In this document: one piece after another, positions 1 through 8,726 of the stretch
How the letters are laid out: every line of letters starts with the position of its first letter
Position numbering within the stretch: the stretch's first letter is position 1
Source of the DNA: a virus
Lineage: Duplodnaviria; Caudoviricetes
Reading direction: 5' to 3' (one strand)
IMG/VR virus record: IMGVR_UViG_3300032331_000874
Span: 46-64,045 of that record
Length of the DNA: 64,000 bases
Translations under genes and position numbers: made by a program
Notes under the pieces: model-generated
Database searches by the model: none
What the model saw: the letters and a program-made list of their open reading frames with translations, nothing else
Told to the model about the DNA's origin: nothing

Positions 1-1
1 T

Positions 2-772
2 GTCCTTTGCGCTGACGTACTTATTCCATGACGCATGTATGCGCTTGGTCAGCGGTACAGCATGGGCTTTCTCAATGGCTATCTCTAGCAAGGCAGCTTG
101 CCTTTCCTCAAACTCGCGTGGGTTGCCCTCGGGCGCATGGTCTATGGCATCGCGCAGTTTGTTTAGTTCATCCTGCCACTTGGTTAGGACGGTATTGTGT
201 TGTTTCATGTAGCCGCGCTTGATGTCCTCGTCACGCCTGAACAGCGGTATCAAAGTGCGTGTGTGTGGTTTCTGTAGCTTGACCTGCGCTTGCTTCAACG
301 CTGTTTGTATGTGCGTGGGTGTCCAGTCAACCCATGCTGTGCCTAGCGGTATCTCACGCTTATCATCTGACGCGTCATTCCTAAACGCGTATTCTTCCTG
401 CGGCGTGCGAGTACCTGCTTTTTGATACGTGCGCAACAACCCCAAGCATTTACTTAGCGCACTAGCATACGGTTCATAGACAGCTAGTTGTTCGGTGTCG
501 TTAGCTCTGCGCATTCTTGTTAGTCGTGCGGCTACGCTTGCTTGCTCTTTTAACAGCGGCTTGATGACTTCTTGCCATGCGTTGTAATACTTCTTGCGTT
601 CACGCTTGGCGGCGTGTTGTGCTTTGCGTTTGGTTTGAACAACGTCTGCTATCTCTGCAATTAGCGGCGGCGGTAGCCCTCGCGCAGTTAAACGATTCAC
701 TAATTCTTTGCGCGTCATTTGTATGTAGTGCGTTTTACCCCTGCTTTTCTTACTAGATGTAGTAGCTTTCAT
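2..772 (-). CDS. Hypothetical early protein, runs off the left edge of the window (not in ORF track)
   Basis: Read by hand: GGAGG then ATG at 772, MKATTSSKKSRGKTHYIQMTRKELVNRL...WVDWTP..., open to position 2 with no stop. Confidence 0.75.
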   Translation of the reverse strand, partial: MKATTSSKKSRGKTHYIQMTRKELVNRLTARGLPPPLIAEIADVVQTKRKAQHAAKRERKKYYNAWQEVIKPLLKEQASVAARLTRMRRANDTEQLAVYEPYASALSKCLGLLRTYQKAGTRTPQEEYAFRNDASDDKREIPLGTAWVDWTPTHIQTALKQAQVKLQKPHTRTLIPLFRRDEDIKRGYMKQHNTVLTKWQDELNKLRDAIDHAPEGNPREFEERQAALLEIAIEKAHAVPLTKRIHASWNKYVSAKD

Positions 773-775
773 GTG

Positions 776-1093
776 TGTCCTCCGGTTTGTGTCCAGTATG
801 TTGACGATAATTCAGCGCAAGTGGACACGCTATACGCTAGTGCTGGCGCGGCATCTGCTATTTTTTGTCCAGATGTCCAGCTTCTCAAGGCCTTAAAGCG
901 CCAAGAAGAATGTTGGTGATTGTTATGAGTTTATTTGTTCTCTCACAATCATTTAACATTCTAAATGGACGGGCTTGTATAGGCAAGATGATGGACAAGT
1001 GGACATTTATATATATAAATCTTTTAAAAGATAGATAGATAAAGGGTTTTACCTTTGTCCACTTGCGCTGAAAAACATCTAACAATCTGGACA
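776..1093. other. Candidate replication origin (TGTCCA/TGGACA iterons, 17-bp inverted repeat, AT-rich core)
   Basis: About 10 TGTCC/TGGAC copies; TTCAGCGCAAGTGGACA at 811-827 is the exact reverse complement of 1056-1072; AT-rich run at 1005-1043. Confidence 0.5.
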
Positions 1094-1096
1094 TGC

Positions 1097-1297
1097 CTAG
1101 TTTTGAAATGACACGTTAGTTTTTAACATGTCAGCGTAGTAGTTGCGCTCTGCTTGCGTGAGCGTGTGCCATGTGGGCTTGTCATCTGCGTACGCAGCAT
1201 CTACCTCATCGAACTCATGGACAGTACGTCCACGAGTTTCCTCTGTGACTTGAAAGCCTACGCGAAGCAATGCTTGTTTGAGTTGGTCGTTACGCAT
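1097..1297 (-). CDS. Hypothetical early protein (66 aa)
   Basis: ORF with AAGGAG SD; co-oriented with neighbours. Confidence 0.65.
   Translation of the reverse strand: MRNDQLKQALLRVGFQVTEETRGRTVHEFDEVDAAYADDKPTWHTLTQAERNYYADMLKTNVSFQN
1212..1238. promoter_or_regulatory. 27-bp palindrome copy 1 (AACTCATGGAC-AGTAC-GTCCACGAGTT)
   Basis: Matches repeated consensus AACTCRTGGAC-N5-GTCCRYGAGTT; lies inside CDS 1097-1297. Confidence 0.65.
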
Positions 1298-1308
1298 GGT
1301 GATTCTCC

Positions 1309-1494
1309 TTAGCAGATGAAGTCAGGGTGGTTGGTGAGGTTGAGTTGCTGTGCCAGTTGGCGCAACTCGGTCTGGCTTTTGGTAGTGCGAGCGCAGCGGA
1401 TTAGACCGGACAGAGCGCGTGCTGCGGTGTCGATCATATTGTGTTGAATGTACGTGTGAACCATGTTTACTTCGCGTGTCTCTGATTTAGTCAT
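1309..1494 (-). CDS. Hypothetical early protein (61 aa)
   Basis: ORF with GGAG SD. Confidence 0.65.
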   Translation of the reverse strand: MTKSETREVNMVHTYIQHNMIDTAARALSGLIRCARTTKSQTELRQLAQQLNLTNHPDFIC

Positions 1495-1526
1495 GATGAT
1501 TCTCCGGTTTGACTGATATGGGATTC

Positions 1527-1552
1527 CGCGCAGAGGGGTGATTCTCTGCGCG
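1527..1552. other. GC-rich 9-bp stem-loop in intergenic region
   Basis: CGCGCAGAG (1527-1535) pairs with CTCTGCGCG (1544-1552); no U-tract. Confidence 0.5.
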
Positions 1553-1563
1553 TATCGGTTGAA

Positions 1564-1590
1564 AACTCATGGACAAACTGTCCGCGAGTT
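1564..1590. promoter_or_regulatory. 27-bp palindrome copy 2 (AACTCATGGAC-AAACT-GTCCGCGAGTT)
   Basis: Intergenic, abuts stop codon of CDS 1589-1987. Confidence 0.7.
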
Positions 1591-1987
1591 ACGCTGACAG
1601 CAACTCGATCAACTTGCGACGTTGCGCTGGTGTGAAGTTCTTCAGGATGCGTTGCGCCTCGCGCTGTACTGCATCTGCTTTCGGCTTGGCTGCGGCTTTA
1701 CCCTCGCCGCTCGGCGCGTCAACGCTAGGGAAGCAAACCTCAAGCACGCGAGTGACTGACTTCTGCGCTGCTTCGAAAGCCTTCTTGTCCTTGCTGTCAA
1801 ACGTCAGACCACGTTGACCCTCTTTAACTGCGACACCATGCTTCTTGGCTGCCCATGCTACTGCGAACGGTCTAGCTGTCGCACGGTCGCCGATACCCTC
1901 GGCAAGTAATCGCTCTGCGAATGAAAGTGATGCATTGTCTGCATCGGTGAAGATAGCAAATACTGCTGCGTTGATGAATTGGTTCAT
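1589..1987 (-). CDS. Hypothetical early protein (132 aa, Ala/Lys-rich); start revised to MNQFINAAVF
   Basis: TAGGAG SD precedes ATG at 1987; the ORF-track extension to 2173 crosses regulatory DNA. Confidence 0.75.
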   Translation of the reverse strand: MNQFINAAVFAIFTDADNASLSFAERLLAEGIGDRATARPFAVAWAAKKHGVAVKEGQRGLTFDSKDKKAFEAAQKSVTRVLEVCFPSVDAPSGEGKAAAKPKADAVQREAQRILKNFTPAQRRKLIELLSA

Positions 1988-2010
1988 GGTAGTTCTCCTA
2001 AAGATGATTG

Positions 2011-2035
2011 ACTCGTGGACAATGTGTCCATGAGT
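2011..2035. promoter_or_regulatory. Palindrome copy 3 (ACTCGTGGAC-AATGT-GTCCATGAGT)
   Basis: About 10 bp upstream of the SD of the leftward gene starting at 1987. Confidence 0.7.
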
Positions 2036-2307
2036 GAGAGAAAACGTATCCCTCATATAGTTGCGAAATGGCTTCGCATCAATCAAATCGGCAACATTCT
2101 CGACCCCACCATACCCCATCCCCCCAAATCTGAGCAGGGTCGCAGGTCCGACACAGAACACTATTCCCCACACGCAATCTCACTTTTGTTTCAAATTCAA
2201 TAACATGCTCAAAAAAAGCAAAACATGGGTAAGTAGTCAAATAAATAACACAAAAATTTCTATAAAAAAATAAAACCAAACATGTCAAACCTTTGACACA
2301 TACAAAT

Positions 2308-2336
2308 AAAAAAAGCCCCCGCCGAAACGGGGGCCT
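2308..2336 (-). terminator. Rho-independent terminator-like hairpin (leftward)
   Basis: Minus strand GCCCCCG-TTTCGG-CGGGGGC followed by a T-run. Confidence 0.55.
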
Positions 2337-2396
2337 CAAAGGGCCGTTGCCCTGTGCGAGAAATCTCCAACCACGGAGACAGCAATCATGTAAAAA

Positions 2397-2426
2397 TTTA
2401 CACAACCGCAGAATCGAGTATATACT
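2397..2426 (+). promoter_or_regulatory. Putative sigma70-type promoter for the packaging/structural operon
   Basis: TTTACA-18 bp-TATACT about 30 bp upstream of the terminase small subunit gene. Confidence 0.4.
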
Positions 2427-2457
2427 CCGCCCAACGTGACTGCAATGGTCAGCGCCT

Positions 2458-3066
2458 ATGCTAGAGCATTTATTGAATGAAACTGTTTTTACTCCCGACG
2501 TTCTCGACACGCCGGTGGCTACGCCTGTCTCAAAAGCAAGCCCAGAACAACTAATGGACGCACAAGTTGAAACGGCTAAATGGCTTGAGGAACTGGGCGC
2601 AGTATCCGACGAAGACGTAACGGACCAAATTCAGGAAGACAGCGCCAGACAAGCGTTCGCTGTGCTAACCCAAGACCAAGACCCCAAAGCCAAGAAAGCG
2701 GCGCTAACAAAAGTGACTACGCCAGAAGCGGTAAAGCACCTTGTTGGAATGTTAACTGCCTACGACTGGCACTTTGTTGAACAGGCTAAAGAGATCAGGG
2801 GTTATGCGGTGGCGCAGTTGGTGGAGGAAACAAAGCACCCTGATGCCAAGATACGTCTACGTGCGCTTGAGCTGCTGGGTAAAGTAACAGAGGTTGCGTT
2901 ATTTACTGACCGGGTAGAAGTTAAAAAGACTGACCTGTCAGACTCTGAGCTAGATAGTCGCATCAAAGAGAAGTTGGAACGCATGGCAAAGATCGTGGAT
3001 ATAACGGACGTGACGTACGTGGAGGATGTAACACCAAAGGCCGACGATGAACCTGAACCAGCATGA
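2458..3066 (+). CDS. Putative terminase small subunit
   Basis: Directly upstream of TerL; helical protein with RLRALELLGK motif typical of these small subunits. Confidence 0.65.
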   Translation: MLEHLLNETVFTPDVLDTPVATPVSKASPEQLMDAQVETAKWLEELGAVSDEDVTDQIQEDSARQAFAVLTQDQDPKAKKAALTKVTTPEAVKHLVGMLTAYDWHFVEQAKEIRGYAVAQLVEETKHPDAKIRLRALELLGKVTEVALFTDRVEVKKTDLSDSELDSRIKEKLERMAKIVDITDVTYVEDVTPKADDEPEPA

Positions 3067-4585
3067 GATTGCAGCGCTCAACAAGATACTCCCTACGCTA
3101 TCGCCGCAGGAGAAAGCCGAACTGTTGGCTGATCTGGAGGAACGGGCGCATCGTGCGGGTAAGAAAGCTGCTCAAGATTCGGTACTGGGGTTTGCAACAC
3201 AGGTCTATCCGGGATTCAAGATAGGCCCACACCACAGAAAGCTAGCCAAAATCTTTCAAGACGTAATTGATGGCAAGAAAAAGCGCGTGATTATCAACAT
3301 CGCGCCACGTATGGGTAAGTCAGAGTTCTCCTCCTACCTGTTCCCCGCCTACTTCCTTGGCAAATACCCCGAGAAAAAGATCATCATGGGCACGCACACC
3401 GCGGGTCTGTCTGAGGATTTTGGTCGTCGCGTGCGAAATTTGCTAGAGTCTGAGGAATACGCAGAGATTTTTCCCAAGACTAGGGTAGCCGACGACCAGA
3501 AAGCAGCCGGTAAGTGGTCAACTAGCGCGGGAGGCCAGTACTACGCAGCCGGTGTGGGTGGTGCGTTGGCTGGTCGTGGTGCGGATTTGTTTGTAATTGA
3601 CGACCCGCACTCAGAACAGGACATGAAAGCCAACAGTCGCGGTGCGTTTGATGCCGCGTGGTCATGGTTCCAGCAGGGTCCGCTACAACGTCTGATGCCA
3701 AACGGCGCAATTATCGTAATCATGACGCGCTGGAGTTTGGTTGATTTGACCGGACGCTTAATTGACTACCAGATCAAGAACCCAGACGCGGATACGTGGG
3801 AGATTGTTGAGCTTCCTGCCATATTTAACGAGGGAACGCCGGAAGAAAAGTCTCTGTGGCCTGAACAATGGCCGTTGGAGATGTTAAAAGCCAAGAAAGC
3901 TAATTTAGACCCACGCTTTTGGAACGCGCAGTACATGCAAAACCCCACATCGGACGTGTCTGCCATTATTGGCAGGGGTTCGTGGAAGATTTGGGAGCAT
4001 GATGAGCCGCCACAGTGCGATTACGTCATTCAGAGTTGGGATACGGCGCATGAATCCAAGACATCAGCCGACTATAGCGCGTGTACTACGTGGGGCGTTT
4101 GGTATAACGACGAGGATAACGGCGCGCCTAACTTAATATTGTTGGATGCGTTCAAAGACCGGATGCAGTTCCCTGAATTAAAGGCTACGGCCTTGAAACA
4201 CTATAAGGAGTGGGAGCCAGATGCGTTCATTGTGGAGAAAAAGGCAGCAGGCGCACCCCTCATCCAAGAACTCAGAGCAATGGGCATCCCCGTCGATGAG
4301 TTCACCCCCAGCCGAGGCCGCGTCAAAGGCACCACAGATAAAACCGCCCGTCTTAACGCTGTTGCCGACTTCTTCCACAGCGGCAAAGTATGGGCACCAG
4401 ACACACGATGGGCAAGAGAAGTGATTGAGGAGGTCGCAGCGTTTCCTGTAGGAGAGCATGACGACTATGTTGATACGGTGTCCCAAGCGCTACTGCGCTA
4501 TCGCCAAGGCGGCTTTGTTAGTCTGCCAAGCGACTACGAGGATGAGCCGACATTTTTTAAACGCAAGACACACGCATACTATTAA
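3047..4585 (+). CDS. terL: Terminase large subunit
   Basis: Walker A-like APRMGKS, Walker B FVIDDP, C-terminal RNase H-like nuclease (SWDTA...HDDYVDT). Confidence 0.95.
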   Translation: MNLNQHEIAALNKILPTLSPQEKAELLADLEERAHRAGKKAAQDSVLGFATQVYPGFKIGPHHRKLAKIFQDVIDGKKKRVIINIAPRMGKSEFSSYLFPAYFLGKYPEKKIIMGTHTAGLSEDFGRRVRNLLESEEYAEIFPKTRVADDQKAAGKWSTSAGGQYYAAGVGGALAGRGADLFVIDDPHSEQDMKANSRGAFDAAWSWFQQGPLQRLMPNGAIIVIMTRWSLVDLTGRLIDYQIKNPDADTWEIVELPAIFNEGTPEEKSLWPEQWPLEMLKAKKANLDPRFWNAQYMQNPTSDVSAIIGRGSWKIWEHDEPPQCDYVIQSWDTAHESKTSADYSACTTWGVWYNDEDNGAPNLILLDAFKDRMQFPELKATALKHYKEWEPDAFIVEKKAAGAPLIQELRAMGIPVDEFTPSRGRVKGTTDKTARLNAVADFFHSGKVWAPDTRWAREVIEEVAAFPVGEHDDYVDTVSQALLRYRQGGFVSLPSDYEDEPTFFKRKTHAYY

Positions 4586-4594
4586 GGACGCATC

Positions 4595-7078
4595 ATGTCG
4601 ATAGATAAAGCACTGTACGCTGCCCCCTTGGGCATGCCAGCCGACGCAGAAGACGATGGCATAGAGATTGAGATTGAAGACCCAGAGGCCGTGCATATTA
4701 AAGCTGGCGACATGGAAATTGACCTTTTGCAAGGCGATGAGGAAGAAGACTTTAACGCCAACCTTGCAGAAGAGATGGATGAGAGCGAGTTGCAGTCGCT
4801 TGTTGGCGAAATTTTGGATGATGTACGTAACGACTTGTCTTCACGCAAAGATTGGGAAGATACATATAAAGAAGGTTTAACGCTGTTAGGTTTGAAGTAC
4901 GACGAGCGTACGGAACCGTGGGCAGGTGCGTGTGGCGTGTTCCACCCCATGATTACTGAAGCCGTTGTTCGCTTTCAATCAGAAACAATTACAGAAACAT
5001 TCCCAGCTAAAGGCCCAACCAAAGCCAAGATTATTGGCAAAGAAACGCCTGAGAAAAAAGAAATTGCAGAGCGTGTGCAAGACGATATGAACTACGAATT
5101 GACTGAAGTCATGAAAGAGTTTCGTCCTGAACATGAACGCATGTTGTTCTCTTTGCCGGCAATCGGCTCCGCGTTTAAGAAGGTGTATAAGGACCCCACA
5201 CTAGATCGGCAAACATCGGTCTACGTATCCGCAGAAGACATCATCCTGCCTTACGGCACGACAGAACTACAAACATGTCCGCGTCTAACGCATCGCATGC
5301 GCAAGACCGAGAACGACATCCTGAAGCTACAAAAGGCTGGCTTCTATCGTGACCTTGACTTAGGTGAGCCACCTAAAGTAACCAACGAAACACAGCAAAA
5401 GAAAGACAAAGAGTCAGGCATGTCGGCATCGTTTGATGACCGCTATGAGTTGTATGAAGTGCATATTGATTTGGACTTGCCCGGCTACGAAGATGTGGAT
5501 GATGATGGTGAGATGACCGGCATTGCGTTGCCGTACGTTGTAACTATCCTCAAAGGTTCTGACGAGATATTGGCTATTCGCCGTAACTGGTTGGAAGATG
5601 ATGACCTTAGATTAAAGAGGCAGCACTTTGTTCACTACCAATACATTCCCGGCTTTGGTCCCTACGGCTTCGGGTTGTTTCACCTTATTGGTGGATACGC
5701 CAAGTCAGCCACCAGTCTTATGCGTCAGCTCGTGGATGCGGGAACTCTCAGCAATCTCCCCGGCGGACTTAAGTCGCGAGGACTTCGGATTAAAGGTGAT
5801 GACACACCAATCGCCCCCGGCGAATGGCGAGACGTAGATACAGGTTCAGGAGCTATACGTGACAACATACTGCCGCTACCTTACAAAGAACCATCGGCCA
5901 CTCTATTCCAACTCCTTGGTACTATCGTTGAGGAGGGCCGACGTTTCGCAGCAACTGCCGACATCCAAGTGTCCGATATGTCGGCTAATACTCCGGTGGG
6001 AACAACTCTTGCCATACTTGAACGAACGCTCAAAGTTATGTCTGCCGTTCAAGCACGAGTCCACTACGCGCTCAAACAAGAACTCCAACTCTTAGCAGCA
6101 ATCATTCGTGACTACTCGCCAGAAGATTACGAGTATGAACCTGAGTCTGGCAACAAGCGTGCTAAAAAATCTGACTACTCTGACGTAGAGATTATTCCTG
6201 TCTCTGACCCTAATGCTGCAACGATGTCGCAGCGGGTTGTGCAATACCAAGCGGTGTTGCAGTTAGCGCAGACTGCACCACAAATATACGACATGCCTAT
6301 GTTGCATCGTCAGATGTTGGATGTGTTGGGTATCAAAAACGCTAATAAGTTAGTGCCAACGGAAGAAGATCGCAAACCACAGGACCCAATAACAGAAAAC
6401 ATGAACGTGTTGAAGTTAAAGCCTGTAAAAGCGTTCTTATATCAAGACCACGAAGCACATATCAAAGTACACATGGCAGCAGCGCAAGACCCACTCATTC
6501 AACAGATGATGGGGCAAAACCCACAAGCGCCGATGATTCAACAAGCGATGATGGCGCATATTGCAGAACACTTAGGCTTTGCATATCGCAGCAAGATTGA
6601 AGCTGCGTTGGGTGCTGATTTGCCGATGCCTGATGAAACTATGAATCCTGCTGTAGAAGTACAGCTCTCACGGCTTATTGCACAAGCCGCACCTATCGTT
6701 TTACAAAACAGCCAAGGCCAAGTTGCACAACAAGCCGCCGCTGCACAAGCGCAACAAAATCAGCAAGACCCTGTTATTCAAATGCAGATGCAAGAACTTC
6801 AACTCAAGATGCAAGAGCTTGAGCTTAAGAAACAAAAACTGGCAGCAGACATTGCTGCACAAGCTGACAAACTTGAATTGGATAAAGAAAAACTTTCTGC
6901 TGACTTTGAGTTGGAAGGCATGAAACTGGGTATGAAGTCTAAGCAAGATCAAGAACGCATGACTTCAGAAAATGAAAAAGAAGGACTTCGTATCGGTGCA
7001 GATATTTCACGAAGCAAAGCCGACATGGCACTAAAGCACCAGCAGCTTAATAAACCCCAGTCAAAAGGAGCTAAATGA
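4595..7078 (+). CDS. Portal protein
   Basis: 827 aa after TerL; podovirus-type portal with Gln-rich coiled-coil C-terminal barrel. Confidence 0.85.
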   Translation: MSIDKALYAAPLGMPADAEDDGIEIEIEDPEAVHIKAGDMEIDLLQGDEEEDFNANLAEEMDESELQSLVGEILDDVRNDLSSRKDWEDTYKEGLTLLGLKYDERTEPWAGACGVFHPMITEAVVRFQSETITETFPAKGPTKAKIIGKETPEKKEIAERVQDDMNYELTEVMKEFRPEHERMLFSLPAIGSAFKKVYKDPTLDRQTSVYVSAEDIILPYGTTELQTCPRLTHRMRKTENDILKLQKAGFYRDLDLGEPPKVTNETQQKKDKESGMSASFDDRYELYEVHIDLDLPGYEDVDDDGEMTGIALPYVVTILKGSDEILAIRRNWLEDDDLRLKRQHFVHYQYIPGFGPYGFGLFHLIGGYAKSATSLMRQLVDAGTLSNLPGGLKSRGLRIKGDDTPIAPGEWRDVDTGSGAIRDNILPLPYKEPSATLFQLLGTIVEEGRRFAATADIQVSDMSANTPVGTTLAILERTLKVMSAVQARVHYALKQELQLLAAIIRDYSPEDYEYEPESGNKRAKKSDYSDVEIIPVSDPNAATMSQRVVQYQAVLQLAQTAPQIYDMPMLHRQMLDVLGIKNANKLVPTEEDRKPQDPITENMNVLKLKPVKAFLYQDHEAHIKVHMAAAQDPLIQQMMGQNPQAPMIQQAMMAHIAEHLGFAYRSKIEAALGADLPMPDETMNPAVEVQLSRLIAQAAPIVLQNSQGQVAQQAAAAQAQQNQQDPVIQMQMQELQLKMQELELKKQKLAADIAAQADKLELDKEKLSADFELEGMKLGMKSKQDQERMTSENEKEGLRIGADISRSKADMALKHQQLNKPQSKGAK

Positions 7079-7290
7079 CAACCCTACAGGAGTACACGTC
7101 GTTTGTTGATGTCCTGCGCAAGAAAATTCGGGACGATATGAACAACTACGCTGACGATATCGCAGGCGGTGTCTGCGCTGATTATGCGGCTTATACAAAG
7201 CTTTGCGGTGTGATTCAAGGTCTAGCTATCGCAGAGCGCCACTTACTTGACCTTGCTGAGAAAGCTACAAAGGATGACTTCGATGAGTGA
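7075..7290 (+). CDS. Small head-associated hypothetical protein (71 aa)
   Basis: ATGA overlap with portal; YxxLCGVIQGL motif typical of small genes after such portals. Confidence 0.75.
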   Translation: MTTLQEYTSFVDVLRKKIRDDMNNYADDIAGGVCADYAAYTKLCGVIQGLAIAERHLLDLAEKATKDDFDE

Positions 7291-7720
7291 TTTAGTACTC
7301 CCGCAGTATTTAAAGGACTTGATTAAAGCTGAAACGGCTTTGAAAGAGGAAGACACAGATGCACCTGCTGACGCAACAAAAGCGCGTCAACTACCAAGAC
7401 CTGTTGGGCACAAAATTTTGTGCGCTATTCCACCAGCAGGAGATACGTTTGATGATTCGATGATTGCTAAAGCAAGTCTATCGCAACGCATTGAAGAACA
7501 AACGTCAACGGTGTTGTTTGTTGTGGCGTTAGGTCCTGACGCATACAAAGACCCAGATAGGTTCCCCGGCGGTCCTTGGTGCAAAGAAGGTGATTTTGTT
7601 TTAGTTCGTGCTTATAGCGGCACACGATTCCAGATTCACGGACGTGAGTTCCGCATGATCTATGACGATCAAGTTGATGGCACGGTAGAAGACCCTCGCG
7701 GTTACGCACGCGCAGCATAA
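7283..7720 (+). CDS. groES: GroES/Cpn10-like co-chaperonin
   Basis: P-x-GHKIL, VVALGPDAY, KEGDFVLV..YSGT, GREFRMIYDDQVDGTV match the Cpn10 pattern; start taken at MSDLVLP (AGGA SD). Confidence 0.85.
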   Translation: MSDLVLPQYLKDLIKAETALKEEDTDAPADATKARQLPRPVGHKILCAIPPAGDTFDDSMIAKASLSQRIEEQTSTVLFVVALGPDAYKDPDRFPGGPWCKEGDFVLVRAYSGTRFQIHGREFRMIYDDQVDGTVEDPRGYARAA

Positions 7721-7730
7721 GGAGAAACAC

Positions 7731-8726
7731 ATGGCTAATGAAGAGTACATGACGGAATTAAAGATTCCGGGCAAAGGTGGCGGGGATGACCTGCCAGATA
7801 TTCGTATGGAAGACGATGATATTGATATCAGCGCCGAGTCCGATGTCGAGATCGAAATTGAAGACGATACCCCCGAACAAGACCGAGGCAGAAAACCTCT
7901 GGAGCGTGATGTAGCTGACCCATCTGATGATGAGATTGAGCAGTACAGCGACAAGGTTCAAAAGCGTATCAAAGAGTTGGCTCATGCTAGGCACGACGAA
8001 CGCCGTGCTAAAGAGACAGCCCTGCGCGAACGCGAGGAAGCCATTCGGGTAGCCCAGCAGCTTGTAGATGAAAACAAGAAACTGCGCGGGTACGTCAATT
8101 CTGGGGAGCAGACCTTTGCTGAAGTATTAAAGTCAAAAGCAGAGGCCGATCTGGAGATGGCTCGGAAACGATACAAAGAAGCGGTTGAGGCATACGACAC
8201 TGATGCCATGCTTGAGGCACAGGAAGAACTGCAAGATGCCAAGATCAGGTTGGACAAAGCAAATAATTTTAAGCCAACCTCTTTACAAGTTGAACAAGAC
8301 GAGGTATATAGTCAACCATCGCCTCAAACTGAGGTGCGCCCCGACGATAAGACCCTGCGCTGGCAGGCCAAAAACCAGTGGTTCGGAGCGCCCGGTTACG
8401 AGGAAGTCACCGCAATGGCCTTGGCTACACACCAACGTCTAACAGCGGAACACGGCGCTGACTACGCCCGGACAGATGAATACTACGAGAGAATTGACTC
8501 TCGCCTCAGAGAAAAGTTCCCCGAGATTTTTGGGGAGCCTGCAAAGCCGCAAGGCGCACCCACTTCAAAAAGACCAGCCGCGACCGTTGTCGCATCTGCT
8601 GCGCGTTCTACTGCAACGAAAAAGATTAAGTTGACAAGATCGCAAGAGGCAATCGCTGCCAAACTTGGTCTTACCCCGAAGCAGTATGCCGTTGAACTTA
8701 TGAAAATGGAGGCCCGAAATGGCTAA
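7731..8726 (+). CDS. Capsid scaffolding protein
   Basis: Acidic N-terminus, long coiled coil, WQAKNQWFG motif, C-terminal LTRSQEAIAAKLGLTPKQYA; between portal and capsid genes. Confidence 0.75.
   Translation: MANEEYMTELKIPGKGGGDDLPDIRMEDDDIDISAESDVEIEIEDDTPEQDRGRKPLERDVADPSDDEIEQYSDKVQKRIKELAHARHDERRAKETALREREEAIRVAQQLVDENKKLRGYVNSGEQTFAEVLKSKAEADLEMARKRYKEAVEAYDTDAMLEAQEELQDAKIRLDKANNFKPTSLQVEQDEVYSQPSPQTEVRPDDKTLRWQAKNQWFGAPGYEEVTAMALATHQRLTAEHGADYARTDEYYERIDSRLREKFPEIFGEPAKPQGAPTSKRPAATVVASAARSTATKKIKLTRSQEAIAAKLGLTPKQYAVELMKMEARNG

Noticed and set aside
1212-2035. Palindromic repeats as a CRISPR array
   Set aside because: Spacing is irregular (350-450 bp and tens of kb), genes lie between copies, and there is no cas operon
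2079-2510. 143-aa minus-strand ORF and the many short antisense ORFs in the track
   Set aside because: No SD, atypical composition, and they cross regulatory DNA or lie opposite well-supported genes
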